Assembly: GCA_049699855.1 (NCBI GenBank)
Contig: JBNAWM010000019.1
Location: 1-17,891, forward strand
DNA: 17,891 bases
Origin: Candidatus Cryosericum sp.
GTDB taxonomy: Bacteria; Caldisericota; Caldisericia; Cryosericales; Cryosericaceae
Direction: 5' to 3'
Shown here: positions 8,858 to 15,469 of the stretch, piece by piece
Position numbering within the stretch: the stretch's first letter is position 1
Layout of the letters: each line of letters begins with the position of its first letter
The notes under the pieces: generated by a model
Told to the model about the DNA's origin: nothing
The model's input: only the letters and a program-made list of their open reading frames with translations
The model's database searches: none
Program-made: the position numbers and the translations under genes

Positions 8858-8985
8858 GGGTTGTGTCCAGGCCGTTTCAAGCTAGAGTAAAAAGGAAATC
8901 CGGGAGTCTGGGAGGAACAGATGACATGGTATGTGGGGAAGACAACAAGACACTCGACACGCAAAGCGGTCGTCCAGGAGCAGGC

Positions 8986-10095
8986 ATGAACGCCTCAAAG
9001 GTTTGGTTCACCGACCTGCGCACACGTCCAGGCCATAATCTGCTGGACAAGACCGAGGCCCTGATGCGGGCGGGTGGGATTGCAACAATCGACTTCAAGG
9101 ACAAGTTTGTTGCACTGAAGCTGCACCTTGGCGAACCGGGAAATATCGCCTACATCCGGCCGAACTATGTGGCGCGCATCGTGAAACTGGTTCGCGACCT
9201 TGGTGGCAAGCCGTTTCTTACGGATTGCAACACGCTGTACACGGGCGGGCGCTCGAACGCGATTGATCATCTGCTCTCTGCTCAGGAGAATGGCTTCAAC
9301 CGTATTGCTGTAGGGGCCGACATCATCATCGCCGACGGGTTGAAGGGAACGGACTACCGGGAGATCCCCATTCATCTCAAGCGATGCGAAACAGCGAAGA
9401 TCGGAACGGCAATTGCTGATGCCGACATCCTCATCTCACTGACGCACTTCAAGGGGCATGAACAGGCGGGCTTCGGCGGCACGCTCAAGAACATTGGCAT
9501 GGGCAGCGGATCGCGCGGAGGCAAGATGCAGATGCACTCCGAATCCAAGCCGCGTATCGACGTTCAGCATTGTGTTGCCTGTGGCATGTGCGTCCGTTCG
9601 TGTGCCCAGTCGGCCATTTCGTGGAATGCGGATCACAAGGCCGAAATCGACTACACAAAGTGCGTTGGATGTGGGCAGTGTGTTGCAGTCTGCATGTACG
9701 GTGCGGCGCGGCCCGTATTTGAAGGCACCAATGAGGCGCTCAACGAGAAGATTGCGGAGTATGCCTACGCAGTACTGCAGGACAAGCCGGCATTTCATGT
9801 CAGCTTCATCATGAATGTCAGTCCCAACTGCGACTGCTGGAGCAGCAACGATGCGGCCATCGTGCCTGACATCGGTATTGCAGCCAGTTTTGATCCTGTG
9901 GCGCTTGACCAGGCATGTGTCGACCTTGTCAACAAAGCCGTGGCAAATCAAGGCAGCATTCTGACCGATACACACTTCGAGTGCGGCGACAAGTTCACCT
10001 ATGTCCATCCTGACACGCATTGGGAATCGCAAGTGGCCCATGCAGAGGAGATTGGACTGGGGACACGGCAGTACGAGCTGATCATCGTCGAATAG
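8986..10095 (+). CDS. DUF362-domain Fe-S protein with an internal 2x[4Fe-4S] ferredoxin domain, 369 aa (alternative in-frame start at 8926)
   Basis: KLHLGEPGN, PFLTDCNTLY, IIIADGLKG, HFKGH, GFGGTLKNIGMG, two CxxCxxCxxxC motifs (CVACGMCVRSC, CVGCGQCVAVC), SPNCDC and DIGIAASFDPVALDQAC. AGGAG lies 5 nt before ATG 8986. Confidence 0.9.
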   Translation: MNASKVWFTDLRTRPGHNLLDKTEALMRAGGIATIDFKDKFVALKLHLGEPGNIAYIRPNYVARIVKLVRDLGGKPFLTDCNTLYTGGRSNAIDHLLSAQENGFNRIAVGADIIIADGLKGTDYREIPIHLKRCETAKIGTAIADADILISLTHFKGHEQAGFGGTLKNIGMGSGSRGGKMQMHSESKPRIDVQHCVACGMCVRSCAQSAISWNADHKAEIDYTKCVGCGQCVAVCMYGAARPVFEGTNEALNEKIAEYAYAVLQDKPAFHVSFIMNVSPNCDCWSSNDAAIVPDIGIAASFDPVALDQACVDLVNKAVANQGSILTDTHFECGDKFTYVHPDTHWESQVAHAEEIGLGTRQYELIIVE

Positions 10096-10119
10096 GCTTT
10101 TGCCTTCGAGAGGGCCTTG

Positions 10120-10155
10120 AGGCGCCACACCACCTTGGTATGGCGCCTTTTTGTT
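10120..10155 (+). terminator. Intrinsic terminator after the DUF362 gene
   Basis: Stem AGGCGCCAcACC / GGTaTGGCGCCT (one mismatch) followed by TTTTGTT. Confidence 0.8.
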
Positions 10156-10238
10156 CCAGCCTCTTCTTGCAGAAGACAGAGATTTGATTAGGATACATTC
10201 ATAGACAGCAGGCGGTAGAAACCCATGAAGGGGGCTCT

Positions 10239-11615
10239 ATGGCTCGGGCACGACCAACAGGCATGAAGGCTTTTACGATCATCTGGGCAGGTCAGGTGAT
10301 CTCACTTATTGGATCCGCCATGACTGCATTTGGGGTGGGAGTCTGGGCATGGCAGGTGACGGGGCGCGCGACCGCGCTGAGCATTGTCGCTTTCTTCAAT
10401 TTCACCCCTCTCATTATCATGAGTCCCATTGCCGGGGTGCTGATCGATCGCTGGAACCGCAAAGTGACAATGGGCGTCTCCGACGTGGCTTCAGGATTGG
10501 GGACCGTTATTATGCTTGTCCTGTATGCCACCGGACGTTTGCAGATCTGGCATTTGTGCGCCGTCGGAGCACTATCCGGGACGTTCCAGGCGTTTCAGCT
10601 GCCTGCGTACCAAGCTGCCATCAGCACGATGATGCCAAAGGAACATTACGGTCGCGCGGCCGGCATGATGTCGCTTGCACAGAGTGGGTCCGGCGTCCTG
10701 GCGCCCGTTATTGCCGGCGCGGTCGTTGCCACGTGGGGCCTCGTGCCTATCTTTCTGTTTGACATCATTTCGTTCTGCATTGCGGTGGGATTTCTGCTGC
10801 TGGTCCATATTCCCAGTCCTGCTCGCTTAGGGAAGGAACGTGAGGCGAAAGGCAGCCTTTGGAGGGAGACAGTGTTAGGGTGGCGCTATATCGTGGCCCA
10901 GCGTCCACTGTTTCTGCTGCAGGTCAGCTTCTTTGCATCAAATCTTATTGCGTCGATCTGCATGACGCTGTGGACGCCGATGATCCTTGCGCGCAGTGGA
11001 GACAGCGCCACGACGCTGGGACTTGTCAACACTGTTTCTGCGGTCGGCGGTGTCATCGGCGGTGCGCTGATGGCCGCGTGGGGAGGTCCACGCCGCAAGG
11101 CCTATGGCGTCCTGTGGGGCATGGTCTCGGTGTCTGCGCTGGGTATCATGCTCATGGGATTTGGTAAGACCCTGCCCATCTGGCTTGTTTCAGGGTTTCT
11201 TGGGTCCTTTATCATTCCTATTCTCAACGGATGCGACGACGCGATATGGCTTGCGAAGGTACCACACGATATTCAGGGCAAGGTGTTTGGCACCCGCATG
11301 ATGATCGCTCAGGTGTCAGTGCCCATTGCCATGCTGACCGCTGGACCATTGGCAGATCTTGTGTTTGAGCCGCGCATGATGGCGGGAGGGACGCTTGCCA
11401 GGACGTTTGGTTCACTGGTGGGTGTGGGGCGTGGCGCAGGAATGGCACTCATTTTTGTACTCTTTGGTGGGCTGGCTCTGCTCGTCGGACTTGCCAGCTT
11501 CATGGTGCGCGATATCCGGGACGTGGAAGTTCTGATTCCAGACTACGCCTCATCTGCAGGCGAAGCAGACAAAGCCCCACTTTCGGCTGGTCTTGAAGCA
11601 GGAGCCGAAAACTGA
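10239..11615 (+). CDS. MFS transporter, DHA3/MefA-like efflux family, 458 aa
   Basis: About 12 hydrophobic segments; WAGQVISLIGS, MFS motif A AGVLIDRWNRK, PAYQAAISTMMPKEHYGRAAG and VPHDIQGKVFG. Substrate cannot be determined from the sequence. Confidence 0.9.
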   Translation: MARARPTGMKAFTIIWAGQVISLIGSAMTAFGVGVWAWQVTGRATALSIVAFFNFTPLIIMSPIAGVLIDRWNRKVTMGVSDVASGLGTVIMLVLYATGRLQIWHLCAVGALSGTFQAFQLPAYQAAISTMMPKEHYGRAAGMMSLAQSGSGVLAPVIAGAVVATWGLVPIFLFDIISFCIAVGFLLLVHIPSPARLGKEREAKGSLWRETVLGWRYIVAQRPLFLLQVSFFASNLIASICMTLWTPMILARSGDSATTLGLVNTVSAVGGVIGGALMAAWGGPRRKAYGVLWGMVSVSALGIMLMGFGKTLPIWLVSGFLGSFIIPILNGCDDAIWLAKVPHDIQGKVFGTRMMIAQVSVPIAMLTAGPLADLVFEPRMMAGGTLARTFGSLVGVGRGAGMALIFVLFGGLALLVGLASFMVRDIRDVEVLIPDYASSAGEADKAPLSAGLEAGAEN

Positions 11616-11797
11616 AGGAAGTCTTTCTGAGGCAGCTGAGACCCGCATTGCTTCTTTAAAAGAGAAGATAGCGTCAACCGGGCGTTTCCGATCTCCCAGC
11701 ACGGGGGCTTGACATCTTTTATGAAACATGTTTTGTTATAGAGTATTGACATCAAGTTTTGTTTGTATCAACATCACTCTCAACAAAGGAGATGGCA

Positions 11798-12148
11798 ATG
11801 GCTGGAACAACGAAGAAAGCTGCAGAACCAATGAAGAAGGTCGCTGCCCCAACGAAGGCAGAGAAGGTCGAGAAGAAGCCGGTGGTCAAGCCAGCAGCAA
11901 AGCCCGCGGTGAAGAAGCCCGTCACCAAGACGGAGGCAAAGCCAGCCGTCAAGAAGCCAGTAACCAAGGCAGCAGCAAAGCCAGCAGTCAAAGCTCCAGC
12001 TGCAAAAGCTCCAGCAAAGAAGGCTGTTGAAGCCAAGGCTCCAGCAAAGAAGACCATTGCTGCAAAGCCCGCCGCTAAGCCAGCTGTCAAAGAAGTCAAA
12101 CCGGCCGCCAAGAAGTCAGTCGCCAAGAAAGCCCCAGCAAAGAAGTAG
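11798..12148 (+). CDS. Lys/Ala/Pro-rich histone H1-like (Hc2/AlgP-type) basic protein, 116 aa
   Basis: SD AAGGAG 6 nt before ATG 11798. The product is dominated by K/A/P/V with [10 protein letters not shown] and KAPAKK repeats, and the repeat copies differ mainly at synonymous positions. Confidence 0.85.
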   Translation: MAGTTKKAAEPMKKVAAPTKAEKVEKKPVVKPAAKPAVKKPVTKTEAKPAVKKPVTKAAAKPAVKAPAAKAPAKKAVEAKAPAKKTIAAKPAAKPAVKEVKPAAKKSVAKKAPAKK

Positions 12149-12168
12149 TATTCAGAGAGCGAAGGTAT

Positions 12169-12210
12169 GCTCGCTGCGCCCGCCTCAGCGTGGACGCAGC
12201 GAGTCTGTTT
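12169..12210 (+). terminator. Hairpin/terminator after the histone-like gene
   Basis: Stem CTCGCTGCG / CGCAGCGAG followed by TCTGTTT. Confidence 0.6.
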
Positions 12211-12263
12211 GCTCTGCAATCAGCTGTCAGCCCGAACCTGGGCTTGGAGCCCACGATTCGACG

Positions 12264-12295
12264 CCGCACCGGGATTCCTGGTGCGGTTTGTCATT
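12264..12295 (+). terminator. Second terminator-like hairpin between the convergent histone-like and SRA genes
   Basis: CCGCACCGGG-ATT-CCTGGTGCGG (one G-U pair) followed by TTTGTCATTT. Confidence 0.6.
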
Positions 12296-12308
12296 TCTGA
12301 CTAATCCT

Positions 12309-12704
12309 TCACAGACAGCGTCTTAGCGGAAAGACCCAGACGAGCCTTGGCCTGCCCTCACTATCGGGCTGTTGCTCCTGATATGGGTCTGAAGCCAGTT
12401 CAACTCGTCCCTGGAACCGGTATTGGTTCTTGCCGATACAGTCAAACAGATAGATCTTCAGTCCGTTCTTGGGCGAGCTCGCAAGGGTCCAGTTCTGGCC
12501 GTCATACAGGCTCTGATCGCCGTGAAGACCCATTCCCGTGTAGTGGAAGAAGTCTCCGTCCCAGCGGTCGCCACAGATGCTGCGTTTGGCCCCCGAGATC
12601 AATACAAGACTATCGGTCCTGTGCGATCTTCGCATGCGGCCTTGTGGACTGCAGAGGAATTCCTTGCAGATGCTGTTGTTATCAACGACGTCGCCTCGGT
12701 TCAT
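12309..12704 (-). CDS. Stand-alone SRA/YDG-like (McrA-associated) putative modified-base-binding domain protein, 131 aa, with no nuclease domain
   Basis: The motif string CSPQGRMRRSHRTDSLVLIS ... DRWDGDFFHYTGMGLHGDQSL..QN.TLA ... IYLF ... Y.FQGRVELASDPYQEQQPDSEGRPRLVWVFPL resembles the N-terminal domain of SRA-HNH (McrA-like) restriction endonucleases as I recall them. The ORF stops right after VWVFPL. SD-like GAGGG upstream. Confidence 0.75.
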   Translation of the reverse strand: MNRGDVVDNNSICKEFLCSPQGRMRRSHRTDSLVLISGAKRSICGDRWDGDFFHYTGMGLHGDQSLYDGQNWTLASSPKNGLKIYLFDCIGKNQYRFQGRVELASDPYQEQQPDSEGRPRLVWVFPLRRCL

Positions 12705-13096
12705 GCTCGCACCCTCTTGCTTCGTACGTAGCTACCCTATAACCTGTCGAATGAAGGTCTCTTCAGGATTCTCTCCTTGTCTACAGGAGGAACGCCTCCC
12801 GCTGGGAGACAACTTAGAAACGGCAGACAATGAATAGCAACAGGAGGGTATCGGCATCGAGCTGAAGATGCGGTGGCAATGCATTGGGCATGTAGGCCAC
12901 ATATTTGAACGCACCTGTACCAATTGATGTCAGGCGCCCTGGACTGCTTTGTGTGAACATGGTTACATCCATCGCACTAGCCCGATGTGTACGAAGGTAT
13001 AATTTGCCATACGCAAATCATACTATATCTGTAAACACTACAAATTGGCTTCGCAACCGCACCGCGATTGGGCATGCAACCGTGCAATAGATACCA

Positions 13097-15130
13097 TCAG
13101 CTCTTGCCCCCGAACAGTTCGAAGAATTTGCTCGGCTTGAGACGCAAAAACTTGAAGAACTCCTTGCGGCGCAGGACGAGGATGCCCTGATCTTCAAGAA
13201 CAACCTGCGCGGGCAGCATCTTGAGACTTGCATATCTTTCGAAGCCTTCGCCGAACAGATCTCGGAGATCGACCTTGATGCGATCGTCATGAACCTCGAA
13301 GAATCGTTTGTGCGTTCGGTACAGATCGTTCCAGATCCGCCGCCCACGGTCGTAATAATCCTGCAGAAGTTCGGCAGGAAACCAAGCGGGCAATTGCTGA
13401 TCAGCCAGCTTGTAGTATTCCCTGAAGACCGCGCGTGCAGGCGCAAGAAAGTCATGACCGTCATAGTAGCTGGTCACATCGCGCATCTTGTCCTGCACAC
13501 GAAGCGTGAAATCTTTGAACAGGCCGGCATCCAGTCCATCAATGGCTTCCTGGAAGAAGTGTTCTGACTGAGCGCGGGACTCTTCGACAAAGGCAGCTGT
13601 GACCTCAAGGTAATACATACGGCGGACGATCTGGTTGTTGGCTCGGAACGTGTTGTTGGTCGTGCCGATGAGACACGGATGAGTAGCGGTCAACTGATCC
13701 GCAAGGTACTTCAGCATCCCTTCGCCACGGTTTCCAGTACCAGAGAAATATTCCTTGTCAACCTCATCGATAAGAATGGGGAAAACGCTGGGCGTCGGGC
13801 TGCCAGACTGGTCGATGAGAGCTCGAATACCGGATGGGCTCAACGATTCATAGTGATAGAAGTCTCCGTCGCCCCCAAGCAGGATGCTGATGAAGCGCAG
13901 CAGGTGTGTCTTGCCTGACCAGGCCTTGCCCGCCAAGAGGAGGAATGGCGGGATGTCACCGCGCATGCCAAGGTGCTCACGTTCGATGTCCTCGCGTACC
14001 TTCCAGAGATATGGGGAGAAGAAACTGTACAGGATAGCCTCGCCAATGCGTTTCTGATTGGTAAGAAGATCATTGTCTTGCACTGTGAATTGGCGGTAGG
14101 CGTCGAGGAAGCTCCCGATGCGTTCCAAGTATCCTGCGATCTGGGGACCTTCAAGAAGGCCCTGCGCATAAGGTTCCTCGAGATTGCCATCCCGATACAG
14201 GCGCATATCAGTGCCAACAGTCAGATTGGGCAGCACGTCGGGGAGAGAGGACTTGTCTGTCTTCTTCGTCTTGACAAAGAGTTTGCGTACGCGTTCCGAG
14301 TTCTTGGTGAGACCGGCCGCGGAGAGGATCTGTTTGCCTGCCGAGAGAGGGACAGCAATGGTCTCAATAATATTCTTGAGCAGCACGACCTGTTCTTGTT
14401 CAATTTCAACCTGTTGCGCTCGCTCCTTGATTTCCTGCACACAGTCTGAGGGAATGATGAGACCGACCTTGTCCCGCGACAGCGTTTCCTCCAAGACACG
14501 GCTGAAGACTTCTGGAGAGGCATTGGTCAGGTCGATAGCCGTCACGCGGCGCTTTGCCTCCTCAGGGATATAGTCGACGGTTTCTTGCTGAATCTGTTGG
14601 ACGCGCTGTTCGTAAAGGTCACAGGCCGCAGGCGTATCCCATACGAGCATCTCCTCAAATTGGGCTCCCTGGATGGCATGTTGCGTCAAATTGGCAGATC
14701 CTGTCATAACGCGGCGACCCGCTGGTCCGCTCAGCAGGTATATTTTGGAATGGATGGCGTGCCCCTTGGGGGCATAGCGCACTTCGATAGAACCGTCACG
14801 CACACGGCCTCGCTGCAAATCGCTCAACTCATTCCAGAATGTGAGGGGCGCTGCAGGATTGAGAAAGTCAAACTGCTTGGCGACGTTGCCATCGGGAATC
14901 CCCAGGATGAGCGTCACGTATTTGAAGCCATCGGTGACCCGGAAGAAAAAGCGTGGCGATGAGACATAGGTGACCGCGATGAGGCGGTCATAGAGGTTGG
15001 GCTCAAAGAAAGAGAGAAACGTACGATCGGTGAGTTTTCCATTCCACACGATCTGGCAGTACTTGTTGATGCTTGCAGGCTGCTGGTTCTCACCAAACAG
15101 CCCGCCTCTGGTTTCCTGTCCCGTTGCCAT
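13097..15130 (-). CDS. PLD (HKD, NgoFVII/BfiI-type) nuclease domain fused to a C-terminal P-loop AAA+-like ATPase, 677 aa
   Basis: N-terminal AVTYVSS, HSKIYLL (~14744-14752), GSANLT and QFEE. C-terminal Walker A GKAWSGKT (13907-13930), Walker B PILIDEV, sensor-1-like LIGTTN and putative Arg finger IVRR. SD GGGAGG at 15136-15141. Confidence 0.85.
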   Translation of the reverse strand: MATGQETRGGLFGENQQPASINKYCQIVWNGKLTDRTFLSFFEPNLYDRLIAVTYVSSPRFFFRVTDGFKYVTLILGIPDGNVAKQFDFLNPAAPLTFWNELSDLQRGRVRDGSIEVRYAPKGHAIHSKIYLLSGPAGRRVMTGSANLTQHAIQGAQFEEMLVWDTPAACDLYEQRVQQIQQETVDYIPEEAKRRVTAIDLTNASPEVFSRVLEETLSRDKVGLIIPSDCVQEIKERAQQVEIEQEQVVLLKNIIETIAVPLSAGKQILSAAGLTKNSERVRKLFVKTKKTDKSSLPDVLPNLTVGTDMRLYRDGNLEEPYAQGLLEGPQIAGYLERIGSFLDAYRQFTVQDNDLLTNQKRIGEAILYSFFSPYLWKVREDIEREHLGMRGDIPPFLLLAGKAWSGKTHLLRFISILLGGDGDFYHYESLSPSGIRALIDQSGSPTPSVFPILIDEVDKEYFSGTGNRGEGMLKYLADQLTATHPCLIGTTNNTFRANNQIVRRMYYLEVTAAFVEESRAQSEHFFQEAIDGLDAGLFKDFTLRVQDKMRDVTSYYDGHDFLAPARAVFREYYKLADQQLPAWFPAELLQDYYDRGRRIWNDLYRTHKRFFEVHDDRIKVDLRDLFGEGFERYASLKMLPAQVVLEDQGILVLRRKEFFKFLRLKPSKFFELFGGKS

Positions 15131-15163
15131 GTCTGCCTCCCGTCGATGTTTCTTGGCAAGCAG

Positions 15164-15172
15164 AGTATATCA
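15164..15172 (-). promoter_or_regulatory. Extended -10 promoter for the PLD-ATPase gene (TGaTATACT)
   Basis: The minus strand reads TGATATACT about 34 nt upstream of the ATG. Confidence 0.6.
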
Positions 15173-15255
15173 CGCAATCACTCAGCCGGGTTGACTTAGT
15201 AGACAGGGCTGGCAGGTGGTACTGAAGTTTCGGTTGCCCTGCAAGAGGGATGGGT

Positions 15256-15283
15256 TTGCATTCGGAAACGGTTCTGATAGACT
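15256..15283 (+). promoter_or_regulatory. Sigma70-type promoter driving the candidate small RNA
   Basis: TTGCAT-16 nt-TAGACT with an extended TGn. Confidence 0.6.
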
Positions 15284-15287
15284 AAAT

Positions 15288-15353
15288 GTGTCGGAGTGCG
15301 AACTCTGACATGGCGAAGACGACGCCCCGCTTGATGTGGGGCGTTCTGCATTT
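15288..15353 (+). ncRNA. Candidate ~65-nt two-hairpin small RNA
   Basis: Begins at the expected start site of the upstream promoter. Hairpin 1 is GTGTCGGAGT-GCGA-ACTCTGACAT (GNRA tetraloop). Hairpin 2 is GACGCCCCGC-TTGAT-GTGGGGCGTT followed by CTGCATTT. The G-U pairs favour the + strand. Confidence 0.45.
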
Positions 15354-15424
15354 CAACCCGGATGTGGCTGCGAATCGCTATGGAGCGGCTGGTCTGTACG
15401 TTTCCATCCTATCGTTCGCTGGGC

Positions 15425-15453
15425 TTGTCACTGGTTCGTGTGGCGCCTATACT
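15425..15453 (+). promoter_or_regulatory. Sigma70 promoter of the PP2C gene
   Basis: TTGTCA-17 nt-TATACT. The SD AGGAGGTG follows almost at the predicted start site. Confidence 0.7.
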
Positions 15454-15469
15454 CACTCAGGAGGTGACC

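Noticed and set aside
8357..8890. 177-aa plus-strand ORF, and the full 136-aa minus-strand ORF (8323-8733), in the liv/DUF362 spacer
   Set aside because: No SD or domain signal, and both run over promoter elements and hairpins.
11752..12219. 155-aa hydrophobic minus-strand ORF (FAAG/FLT repeats)
   Set aside because: It is the mirror image of the Lys/Ala/Pro-rich gene. The SD and terminators support the plus strand.
12149..12308. Frameshifted HNH continuation of the SRA gene, or a c-di-AMP riboswitch (CCCGAACC word)
   Set aside because: No Cys/His HNH motifs appear downstream on the minus strand and the other riboswitch elements are missing. Terminator hairpins explain the region.
12814..12960. 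48-aa minus-strand ORF (MFTQSSPGRL...LLLLFIVCRF) between the PLD and SRA genes
   Set aside because: Weak SD and no recognisable family. It cannot be supported without conservation or ribosome data.
12264..13076. Short direct repeats (CCGCACCG[G/C]GATT at 12264 and 13057; ATTGGGCATG at 12883 and 13067) as att sites or target duplications
   Set aside because: They are short enough to arise by chance, and no integrase, transposase or tRNA is nearby.
15183..15364. 6S RNA (similar length, paired ends)
   Set aside because: The interior folds into local hairpins rather than one long rod with a central bubble, and it contains a promoter.
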